DNA of 64,000 bases from Lawsonibacter sp. Its GTDB lineage: Bacteria; Bacillota; Clostridia; Oscillospirales; Oscillospiraceae. The notes under the pieces are model-generated. The model had not been told where the DNA came from and made no database searches. It worked only from the letters and a program-made list of their open reading frames with translations. The DNA is taken from assembly GCA_050943895.1 (NCBI GenBank), contig JBMNQA010000008.1, positions 26,351-90,350 of the forward strand, in the 5' to 3' direction. How positions within the stretch are numbered: the stretch's first letter is position 1; each line of letters opens with the position of its first letter. Both the position numbers and the translations under genes were made by a program. Positions 10,943 to 19,412 of the stretch are shown here, piece by piece.

Positions 10943-11641
10943 ATGCTAGAATATAAAAGTTTAAATGAACTTGTATATGAAGAAATAAAAAAGAGGATCG
11001 TTACGCGTTATTATCAGCCAGGAGAACGGCTTGACGTAGATCAAATTGCATCTGAATTTCAAGTAAGTCGGACTCCAATTACAAATTCTTTAAAAGCTCT
11101 TGAACGAGATGGATATGTTACCATTATACAAAGAAGTGGTACTTATGTAAGAAAATACTCGAAAGAAGAAATTGAAGCGTTGTTCGATTTTCGAGCAGCG
11201 CTAGAAGAAGTTGTCGTGAGTAAGGCCATTAAAAATGCAGATCCGATAAATTTGAAGCGATTTATCAATAGTTTTGAAGGCTGCATCAAAAATTTAAGTA
11301 TAGATTCTTTGGCGGATAAAATGAAATATTTTGATGAAATGCAGTCAGATTTTCATAGTTATTTGTGGAAGTTATGTCCAACTATAATTTATAACGAGAC
11401 GCAAAATGTTATGCTTTTAACCAGACAAATTACGGCTCGTCATATTAATTTTTACATCCATAGTCCTTTTGCTCTTGAATTTGCAAAAAATGAAATTAAT
11501 GTTCATATTGATATTGCTCGCGCAATTCTGAACAAAGACGAAGAAAAGGCTAGAGCAAGTATTCGATCTGATATTCTTGGGAGTAAAGAAGATATTTTAG
11601 CGCATTTTGAAGAAATTGAGGCAACTGAAAATTCATTTTAA
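10943..11641 (+). CDS. GntR-family regulator with FCD-type C-terminal domain (AT-rich)
   Basis: SLNELVYEEIKKRI..YQPGERL...EFQVSRTPI..L..DGYV; C-terminal H.DIARAI. Confidence 0.9.
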   Translation: MLEYKSLNELVYEEIKKRIVTRYYQPGERLDVDQIASEFQVSRTPITNSLKALERDGYVTIIQRSGTYVRKYSKEEIEALFDFRAALEEVVVSKAIKNADPINLKRFINSFEGCIKNLSIDSLADKMKYFDEMQSDFHSYLWKLCPTIIYNETQNVMLLTRQITARHINFYIHSPFALEFAKNEINVHIDIARAILNKDEEKARASIRSDILGSKEDILAHFEEIEATENSF

Positions 11642-11832
11642 ATAGTCATTGTGTTAATGCATAAAAAAGTTTGTATTTTTTGTCTAATTATTAGGATTAA
11701 AACTCGAAAATATTTGGTGTTATACTAAATCTAAAATTAAAGGTAGGTAAGTTTAGGACTTTTTTATTTTATTTAATCTAAAATATCAGATTTAAAATCT
11801 AAAACCAAATATAAGGAAGGGGAATGTAACAA

Positions 11833-13170
11833 ATGGAAGAAAAAGAGAGTCGTGTATTTTATAAGGCGTTATCCAAAAAATATAAGCGGATTTCGCATGG
11901 AGAAGGTGTGTTTCTTTTTGACGAGGATGGAAAACGGTATTTGGATTTTGGGGCAGGTTTGGCGGTCACAAATATCGGAAACTCAGTTAAAGAAGTTATT
12001 GATGCCATTACAGACCAGGCTCAGAAGATTACTTATTTAAATGGTGGTGCCTTTACCAGTGACGTCCGAGAAGAGTTAGCCAGCCGTATGATAAGCATTG
12101 CCCCCAATGGGATGGATAAAGTGTTTTTCTGTAGTGGGGGCTCCGAAGCAGTTGAGTCAATGGCGAAAATTGCTAGACAGTATCAAATTGAATGTGGACG
12201 CCCGAGTAAATACAAAATTATTACAAGATGGCAGAGTTATCACGGGAATACATTTGGGACGTTATCTTTGGGCGGAAGACCTTCCTGGCGTGGCTGCTAT
12301 GAAGATTTCCTGTTACATATGCCTCACATTGCTCAGTGCAACTGTTATAGGTGTCCCTATGGATTAGAGTGCGAGCATTGTAATTTGCCATGCGCAGAGG
12401 AATTGGAACGAGTCATTAAGTATGAAGGGGCAGATACAGTTGCTGCGTTTATGATTGAACCGATTACTGGAACCACTGCAACTGCGACTGTCCCTCCGGT
12501 CGCATACATGAAACGGATTCGGGAAATTTGTGATCAATATGATATTTTGTTATGTTGTGATGAAGTAATTACTGGTCTAGGCAGAACAGGAAAAGCCTTT
12601 GCAGTTGATCATTTTGATATTGTGCCAGACCTTATTTCCGTAGCAAAAGGGCTTGGTGGTGGCTATGTGCCAATTGGCGCAGTATTAGCAAGCAAAAAAG
12701 TAGTAGATGCAATTGCCAACGGCTCCGGGGTTTTGGAACATAGTTATACTTTTGCAGGAATGCCCATTGCCTGCGCGGGAGCCAATGCAGTTTTGAAATA
12801 CATCATTGAAAACAATATCATTCAAAAAGCAGAAGAAAATGGAAAGCTTTTGCTGAAAAAGTTACAGGATAAACTGGGCAATATTCCTGCAGTGGGCGAT
12901 ATTCGTGGCAAGGGGATGCTTCTTGGGGTAGAGTTGGTTGCGGATCGGGAGACTAAAAAGCCCTTTGACCCCAAGGAGAATATTTCGGGGAAAATTGCAT
13001 CGTACTGCCTGGAACACGGAGTAATTGTTCTATCTGGGGTTGTTGGAACTGCAGATGGTGTTGCGGGAGAAGCTCTTCAAATTTCACCTCCGCTAACCAT
13101 TACGCCTGAGGAGATGGACTTTGCGGTTGATGTCTTGAGGGAGTCTATTGTCCACGTAACACAGGCTTAA
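11833..13170 (+). CDS. PLP-dependent class III aminotransferase (omega/beta-amino acid type, YodT-like)
   Basis: SGGSEAVE, RWQSYHGNT, EPITG, DEVITGLGRTG, PLP lysine in SVAKGLGGG, HSYTF. Confidence 0.92.
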   Translation: MEEKESRVFYKALSKKYKRISHGEGVFLFDEDGKRYLDFGAGLAVTNIGNSVKEVIDAITDQAQKITYLNGGAFTSDVREELASRMISIAPNGMDKVFFCSGGSEAVESMAKIARQYQIECGRPSKYKIITRWQSYHGNTFGTLSLGGRPSWRGCYEDFLLHMPHIAQCNCYRCPYGLECEHCNLPCAEELERVIKYEGADTVAAFMIEPITGTTATATVPPVAYMKRIREICDQYDILLCCDEVITGLGRTGKAFAVDHFDIVPDLISVAKGLGGGYVPIGAVLASKKVVDAIANGSGVLEHSYTFAGMPIACAGANAVLKYIIENNIIQKAEENGKLLLKKLQDKLGNIPAVGDIRGKGMLLGVELVADRETKKPFDPKENISGKIASYCLEHGVIVLSGVVGTADGVAGEALQISPPLTITPEEMDFAVDVLRESIVHVTQA

Positions 13171-13189
13171 TGGGCAAGGGAGGATGGAT

Positions 13190-13693
13190 ATGAAGCGCTA
13201 TCTACAGAAGTTTGACTTGTGGCTCGGAAGCATTATTTTAATCTTGATGGTTTTTGTGGTTGTCTTACAGGTGGTGTTTCGTTACTTTGGTCATCCATTG
13301 TCTTGGCCAGAAGAGGTGGCTCGATGGACAATGATCTGGGTTACATTTGCTGGAGCAAGTTACAGTTTTCGAAACGGTGGACTTATTCGAGTTGAATTCT
13401 TTGTAACAAAGTTCTTTCCTAAGAAAGTGCAAATGGTTATCAATGCAATCAATATGGTTTTAATGATGGCTTTTTTTGGACTTTTAGGATATTCCTCATT
13501 CTGTTATATGATGCTAACAGTACGGAAACATCAAGTTTATAACGTTACAAGAATGCCTTATGCGATTGTGATAAGTGCGCTGATTTTGGGCAGCATTTTG
13601 TGCATTATTTTTGCGGCGAAACAACTTATACAACTTGTTTTGGCATACCGCCAAAGTGATAATTTAAAACAACAGGGGGAGGGAACAGAATGA
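13190..13693 (+). CDS. dctQ: TRAP transporter small permease (DctQ)
   Basis: LQVVFRY...SWPEEVARWTMIWVTFAGA; 4 TM segments. Confidence 0.92.
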   Translation: MKRYLQKFDLWLGSIILILMVFVVVLQVVFRYFGHPLSWPEEVARWTMIWVTFAGASYSFRNGGLIRVEFFVTKFFPKKVQMVINAINMVLMMAFFGLLGYSSFCYMMLTVRKHQVYNVTRMPYAIVISALILGSILCIIFAAKQLIQLVLAYRQSDNLKQQGEGTE

Positions 13694-14976
13694 CGCCGCT
13701 TAATACAACAATTTTGCTGTTTGGAATGCTCTTATTCCTCTTGTTTTTCAATGCACCTCTAATTGTAGCCATTGGCCTTCCAACCGCTCTTGTTATGCTT
13801 ATGAGTGGGATGAATGTGGCTACATTTGGACAAAGAATGTTCGTGGCAGTGGACTCTTTTACTATGATGGCAATTCCGTTTTTTATGCTGGCAGGCAAAC
13901 TAATGGAAGTTGGCGGAATGTCAAAACGTATAGTGCGTTTTGCAAATAGCTTGGTTGGGTGGATGCAGGGTGGATTAGCTCATGTTGTAGTAGTTGCCTG
14001 TGCGTTTTTTGGCGCATTATCTGGCTCTGCGGCAGCAACCTGTGCAGCAATCGGATCGACGCTAATTCCAGATATGAAAAAAGAAGGATATCCTTCTGAT
14101 TTTGTTGCGGGTCTAACCGCAGTATCTGGAGGCTTGGGCGTAATTATTCCTCCAAGCATTACTATGATTATGTATGGCGTTTGTTCCGGGACTTCCATTG
14201 GAAAGCTGTTTGTAGCAGGGTTTGTTCCTGGTATTTTATTGGCAATTTTTTTAATGGTTACAGCACGTATTGAGGCTGGAAAACGAAAGATTCAACAAAC
14301 CTCAACCTTCAATACGAAAGAACTAGTTGTTAGCTTTTTGGATGCAATCCCAGCATTGCTTGTCCCAATTATCATTTTGGGCGGAATTTATGGGGGATTT
14401 TTTTCTCCCACAGAAGCCGGAGCGGTTGCATGTGTCTATGGTTTCCTTATAGCAATTTTTTGGTATAGAGAAGTCAACAAAGAAAATATTGGCGAAGTAA
14501 TGGGTGGGGCATTAACAAATACCGTTTTAGTATTAATTATTGTAAGCGCATCTGGAGCCTTTAGCTGGTTGTTGACAAGTAATGGTGTTGCATCTCTTCT
14601 CGGTGATGCAGTTGGAAGCATTGCCACCAATAAATTTGTCTTTTTACTTATATCAAATTTAATTTTCTTGTTTGTGGGATGTTTTATTGAATCTGTAGCT
14701 GGAATTTTGATTGTAACTCCAATTCTGCTTCCACAAGCAGAGGCTCTGGGGATAGACCCGGTACACTATGGAATTATTATGGTTGTAAATTTGGCGCTGG
14801 GACTTTGTACTCCTCCAGTGGGAGAAAACCAGTATATTGCTGCTGCAATTGCGGAGATCCCGTTTGAAAAAGAGTTTAAAGCATCTGTTCCGTTTTTAAT
14901 TGCCAATTTTGCAGCGCTTATCGTCATTACATATGTGCCGCAACTGTCTCTGTGGCTTCCGTCTTTGCTGGAGTAA
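13690..14976 (+). CDS. dctM: TRAP transporter large permease (DctM)
   Basis: MAIPFFMLAGKLM, FFGALSGSAAA, IIPPSI, PTEAGAVA, GLCTPPVG. Confidence 0.95.
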   Translation: MTPLNTTILLFGMLLFLLFFNAPLIVAIGLPTALVMLMSGMNVATFGQRMFVAVDSFTMMAIPFFMLAGKLMEVGGMSKRIVRFANSLVGWMQGGLAHVVVVACAFFGALSGSAAATCAAIGSTLIPDMKKEGYPSDFVAGLTAVSGGLGVIIPPSITMIMYGVCSGTSIGKLFVAGFVPGILLAIFLMVTARIEAGKRKIQQTSTFNTKELVVSFLDAIPALLVPIIILGGIYGGFFSPTEAGAVACVYGFLIAIFWYREVNKENIGEVMGGALTNTVLVLIIVSASGAFSWLLTSNGVASLLGDAVGSIATNKFVFLLISNLIFLFVGCFIESVAGILIVTPILLPQAEALGIDPVHYGIIMVVNLALGLCTPPVGENQYIAAAIAEIPFEKEFKASVPFLIANFAALIVITYVPQLSLWLPSLLE

Positions 14977-15026
14977 GGTAAGATATTGAGTCTAAACAAT
15001 ATTGTAATGTTTGAAGGAGGATAACA

Positions 15027-16004
15027 ATGAAAAAGGCAATAAGTATTATGCTGGCGTGTGCAATGATTATTTTGTGCTTTTCCGGTTGTGGTTCAAATAC
15101 GGATACAAAAGGAAAAGACGGAAGTTCTGGCAGCAACGATTCCGACTATAGCTATCATTGGAAATTAGCAACTACTGAGACTGCCGACTATTATATGGCA
15201 GTGTTAGCGCAAGATTTTATTGACTTGGTTAACGAGCGCACCAACGGAAAAGTCACAGGTGAAGTGTTTGCGTCAGGGCAATTGGGTGGATTAGTGGATG
15301 CATTGGAAGGATTGGAATTAGGAACAGTAGATATTGTAATGGATGGTTTTAGTTCTTTGGGAGAAGTCAACCCCATTTTTGATGCATGGGGCATGCCCTA
15401 TCTTTATGACAGCAGAGAACATAGATATAATTTCTGGGACAATTATTTTGATGAGTGTGCAGAACTTGTTGCAGATGAAGCCAACATCCGAATGGTGACT
15501 GTATTGGATGGGTTGAACCGAAATCTATGTACAACGCAACCAGTGTATGAACTAAAGGATCTAAAAGGATTAAAAATTCGTGTACCAACCATCACAACGT
15601 ACATGAGGGTTTGGGAGTGCTTTGGAACGGCCCCAGTTCCCATGGCTCTGTCGGAAGTGTATACATCAATTCAAAACAATGTAGTCCAAGGTCAAGAGAA
15701 TGACATTATGCTTACTATGAGCATGAACTTTTATGAAGTGGCACCATATGCAATAATGACAGAGCATGTTCCATATGAAGGTTCACTGTTTTTCAATGAA
15801 GAAACATTCCAATCTTATCCAGAAGAGTTACAGCAAATTATTTTGGATGTGGGAAAAGAAATCACTGAAAAGAGCCGAACTGTAATCGCAGCTGAGGAAG
15901 AAAAGACTCTTCAGGAGATGGAGGATATGGGTGTGACAATCATCCGGCCTGATTTGGAAGAGTTCAAAGCAGCTACTGCAGTTACCCAAAGCACAGATAC
16001 TTAA
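15027..16004 (+). CDS. dctP: TRAP substrate-binding lipoprotein (DctP), C-terminus possibly truncated
   Basis: Lipobox FSGC, SGQLGG, LKGLKIRVP (carboxylate-binding Arg), EVYTSIQNNVVQGQEN. Overlaps the convergent HD gene by 23 nt. Confidence 0.9.
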   Translation: MKKAISIMLACAMIILCFSGCGSNTDTKGKDGSSGSNDSDYSYHWKLATTETADYYMAVLAQDFIDLVNERTNGKVTGEVFASGQLGGLVDALEGLELGTVDIVMDGFSSLGEVNPIFDAWGMPYLYDSREHRYNFWDNYFDECAELVADEANIRMVTVLDGLNRNLCTTQPVYELKDLKGLKIRVPTITTYMRVWECFGTAPVPMALSEVYTSIQNNVVQGQENDIMLTMSMNFYEVAPYAIMTEHVPYEGSLFFNEETFQSYPEELQQIILDVGKEITEKSRTVIAAEEEKTLQEMEDMGVTIIRPDLEEFKAATAVTQSTDT

Positions 16005-16521
16005 AGTTCATCCAGTCCGCGTTGTATACCACAAACGATTCCGGCGTGTGTTTCTTATCCGGTGACTCGTCGGAGTGGTTTAGGATGGTATAGACCACGT
16101 TCCAGGGGCAGTTACAATGCTGAGCAAAATACGCACCCCACCAACCGTGTTTCAAATATTCATTGTCTGGAGTGTAAATACCTTTATGATCTAAACCATG
16201 TTCCTTTAGCTTACCCACATCATGCAGTGCGGCTGCACATAGAACCACGTCTTCATCTGCGGGAATCCGATCACCATAGGTCTTGTTGAATTGAGTACAC
16301 AGCAGAGATGCTACCTGCATCACTGTCCGTGTGTGCTCCATCAGATTCATGTCGCACCCCTTCAGAACATGTCCGGCAAAGGTGACTTTGTCCAGATCCT
16401 CCTCTGTTACACCGGAAAACTCCGCCGCATATAGCCACGTGTCCAGGCATTGATTACGCAGGGTTTCGTCCTTAATCCACTGAATCTCCGGAAGTTGCTT
16501 TAAGATGTCTTCTCGTTCCAT
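15982..16521 (-). CDS. HD-domain protein
   Basis: EHTRTV...AAALHDVGKL...HG..GAY...ILNHS...NAD. Confidence 0.85.
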   Translation of the reverse strand: MEREDILKQLPEIQWIKDETLRNQCLDTWLYAAEFSGVTEEDLDKVTFAGHVLKGCDMNLMEHTRTVMQVASLLCTQFNKTYGDRIPADEDVVLCAAALHDVGKLKEHGLDHKGIYTPDNEYLKHGWWGAYFAQHCNCPWNVVYTILNHSDESPDKKHTPESFVVYNADWMNFKYLCFG

Positions 16522-16547
16522 GTCTCTACCTCCATACCCTTCTTTCT

Positions 16548-17222
16548 TTATTTCGGAAGCGCGGCTATAATTGCCTCCGTTGTCATCACATCCGCCATCT
16601 GCCGGTCCATATCGGCCAAATTTACCCGATGGGACTCCTCTGACCGATCACATACCCCGTCAGAGACCACAATGGTGTGGTAGTCGTAAGAAGCACAATC
16701 AAATACGGTTGCTCGCACACAGGTACTGGTCGATCCTCCTGTTACTACAATGGTGTCTGCCTGCAGCTTCTCAAGAACGGTGCGAAGATCGGTCCCGAAG
16801 AATGCGCTTGGTCGCGTTTTGCGTAGCACAATTTCACCAGGTTCCGGTTGGAGCAGCGGTGAGATCTCCCAGCCATGCGTTCCCTCAATTAGCCAGTTGT
16901 CTGCCCCATACAGAAAACTTCGCTTGCCCTTATACGGTCCGGCATTGCTGCCATCTGGTTTAAGCGATTGCTGGGTATACACAACGGGAAAATGCCTGGC
17001 CCGAAATTCTCGGATCAGCTGCTGAATGTGTTCTGCGGCGTCCCATGCCTTTTCTCCACAGGAACTGGGATAGGTCTGAATGGAGTGCTCAATGTTCTGA
17101 CGCTGATCTCCCATCATGTACACCTGCATATCAATAATCAGTAAGACCGGAGAATGACCCATGCCAATGCGTTTTCCCATGGCAGCCGTTTTCACAATTA
17201 AGTCCATAGATGCTCCTGCCAT
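16548..17222 (-). CDS. Isochorismatase/cysteine hydrolase family amidohydrolase
   Basis: Catalytic triad elements IIDMQ (D), RKTRPSAFFGT (K), GGSTSTCVRAT (C). Confidence 0.9.
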   Translation of the reverse strand: MAGASMDLIVKTAAMGKRIGMGHSPVLLIIDMQVYMMGDQRQNIEHSIQTYPSSCGEKAWDAAEHIQQLIREFRARHFPVVYTQQSLKPDGSNAGPYKGKRSFLYGADNWLIEGTHGWEISPLLQPEPGEIVLRKTRPSAFFGTDLRTVLEKLQADTIVVTGGSTSTCVRATVFDCASYDYHTIVVSDGVCDRSEESHRVNLADMDRQMADVMTTEAIIAALPK

Positions 17223-17283
17223 TGTATTACCCCCTTTTTTTATTTGGATAAGCAAGTTTAATAAAAAGTAAAATTTTGACAAA

Positions 17284-17296
17284 TTGGTAAGACCAA
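17284..17296. promoter_or_regulatory. FadR-type operator upstream of the hydrolase gene
   Basis: Palindrome TTGGT-AAG-ACCAA fits the TGGT-N3-ACCA FadR-subfamily consensus. It abuts a TTGTCA -35-like hexamer on the minus strand. Confidence 0.6.
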
Positions 17297-17354
17297 ATTG
17301 GGTAAAAATTCCTCTTTTGAACTTCTGCAAGTATCTCCGATAGGGGGATACTCC

Positions 17355-18044
17355 TTAAAATTTATGAGTATAGCGGCGGCGCAGATTTCGGTTATGGATT
17401 CGGGAGGCCAGACGTGCAGCTAATTCATCTCGATCTAAGATAGCCTCTACAATATCCATATGCTCTTTTAACATGGATTTGCGCTCTTTGGCCCGCTGGA
17501 GAGTGGATTTGCGGATTGGAGGAGTATATTCATATCCCATGCGGTAGATGGCCTCCAGCACTCGGTTGTGAGTGGCACTGGCAATCACCATATGCAACTG
17601 GTTGTCCTTTAAAACTACCCCGTCAGGAGGTGTTTTCCCGTAATATTGGGTTAAAAATGCGGCGGTATCATGAATTCGTTTTAAATCCTCTTCTGTAGCA
17701 CGTTTGCAGGCCAAGGTGACCACAACATCATCCAGATACTCTCTGGCCTCCAAAAAATCTTCTAACTCTGAGTGCTGAATCTGGGTCAGCACGGAATCAT
17801 AGATATCGCTGTTGCCTCCGTTTCGGACTAAAACCCGTCCTCCACCAGGGGTGCTTTTGATGTATCCATTTTCCTCCAAAATGCGCAAAGTTTCCCGAAG
17901 ACTCCCACGGCTGACTTGATAATTTTTGGCCATTTCCCGTTCGGTTGGCAGTTTGTCCCCCACAGAGATAACGCCGGAGTTGATTTTTTCCATTAAGTCT
18001 GCCAGAACAATTTCATACACATAGGCCTTGGAAGGAGTTGGCAT
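17355..18044 (-). CDS. FadR/GntR-family regulator
   Basis: GDKLPTEREMA..YQVSRGSLRE.LR.LE..GYI; FCD motif LH..IA.ATHN. AAGGAGG RBS before ATG 18044. Confidence 0.92.
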   Translation of the reverse strand: MPTPSKAYVYEIVLADLMEKINSGVISVGDKLPTEREMAKNYQVSRGSLRETLRILEENGYIKSTPGGGRVLVRNGGNSDIYDSVLTQIQHSELEDFLEAREYLDDVVVTLACKRATEEDLKRIHDTAAFLTQYYGKTPPDGVVLKDNQLHMVIASATHNRVLEAIYRMGYEYTPPIRKSTLQRAKERKSMLKEHMDIVEAILDRDELAARLASRIHNRNLRRRYTHKF

Positions 18045-18493
18045 AGAATACCTCCTTGGACTGACCGGTTTTACGAAAAATAAAAAAATGATAATTTTGT
18101 CTGTCCAATATAATGCAAGTATAAAAGCTAAGCAACCACTTGTCAATTGACTATTTTGGAAAAAAGAACCGTCTTTTTTTGCTATTTTTAACAGAAAAAT
18201 AGCAAACTGAAGCGGCTATGTGGAAGAGATGACAGGTTGGCGTTGTCTTTGGTTAAAAAAGTAAAAAGAACCAAAGATAAAAAATGTCATTTTTTTATTA
18301 TGCGGTTTAACCAATAGAATCTCTGCAACAGCTGCAGCAAGCAAACAGCCCCCTGCTGTTCATGGGAACAACAGGGGGCTGTTTGTGCGTACATCTGAAA
18401 GCGAATAACCTTGGGAGTGCGCCAAAAGGCTTCGGAATTATGGCGCAGCCTGGAAAGCCAAACGAAGCAAAGGTGCAAGAGGGAGTTGGGTCC

Positions 18494-19306
18494 TTAGTTA
18501 TCTAATTGTGCGGCCACGTCTGTCAGGTAATTTGGTTCTACCTGCTCTACTTTGCCCTGATCAACCAGAGCAGCCAGGGCAGGATCAATGGGCAACTGCG
18601 CTAAAACAGGGACCTCCATCTCTGCTGCCACCTGATCAAGATGGCTCTCACCGAAGATGGTATGTTTGCTACCACAGTCCGGACATTGGAAGTAGCTATA
18701 GTTTTCCACTAGGCCCAACACGGGGATGTCCATCATCTTAGCCATATTTACAGCTTTGGTCACTATCATAGAAACCAGGTCTTGGGGAGAGGTGACCACA
18801 ATGATACCATCCACCGGCAGAGACTGAAATACAGTCAGAGGCACATCGCCTGTTCCAGGAGGCATATCCACAAACATGTAGTCCACGTCGCCCCATACCA
18901 CATCTTGCCAAAATTGTGTTACGACGCCGGCAATGATGGGACCGCGCCAGAGGACAGGGTCGGTTTCATTGGCAGTGAGCAGGTTTAGGGACATCACTTT
19001 GATTCCGGTAGAAGTTACAGCGGGATCAATCCCGGTGTCATCTCCACAGGCTTTCTCATGGATCCCAAAGGCAGTGGGAATTGAGGGGCCGGTAATGTCG
19101 GCATCCAGCACAGCCACTTTTTTACCCCGGCGGGCCATGGCCACGGCAAGGGAAGCGGTTACTGTGCTCTTGCCCACGCCACCTTTCCCGCTGACAACGG
19201 CGATCACTTTCTTAATGCTGGATTTGGCGTTGGCTGGGACATGCATGTCCCGGGAAGAACAGTCCGCGCTACAGCCGGAACAGTTGTGGGAACAAGATTC
19301 AGACAT
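18494..19306 (-). CDS. Mrp/NBP35 (ApbC) Fe-S cluster carrier ATPase
   Basis: N-terminal CSHNCSGCSADC, SGKGGVGKST, WRGP, DMPPGTGD, CPDC. Confidence 0.95.
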   Translation of the reverse strand: MSESCSHNCSGCSADCSSRDMHVPANAKSSIKKVIAVVSGKGGVGKSTVTASLAVAMARRGKKVAVLDADITGPSIPTAFGIHEKACGDDTGIDPAVTSTGIKVMSLNLLTANETDPVLWRGPIIAGVVTQFWQDVVWGDVDYMFVDMPPGTGDVPLTVFQSLPVDGIIVVTSPQDLVSMIVTKAVNMAKMMDIPVLGLVENYSYFQCPDCGSKHTIFGESHLDQVAAEMEVPVLAQLPIDPALAALVDQGKVEQVEPNYLTDVAAQLDN

Positions 19307-19412
19307 GGTGTAGGCATCTCCTTGCATATTTTATGGAATATTCCAAAAATTTATTGGCTCGATTTTTAAGTTTACCTCTTTTTTTAAACTGCGTCAAGTA
19401 TTTGGGAAGAAG

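Noticed and set aside
10470-18340. Defined mobile element (att sites or target duplication) around the catabolic island
   Set aside because: No integrase, transposase or flanking direct repeat was found. Only composition suggests foreign origin.
18390-18490. Possible sRNA or REP-like element after mrp (TGCGCCA...TGGCGCA hairpin)
   Set aside because: Single copy, no promoter, and no match to a family I recognise.
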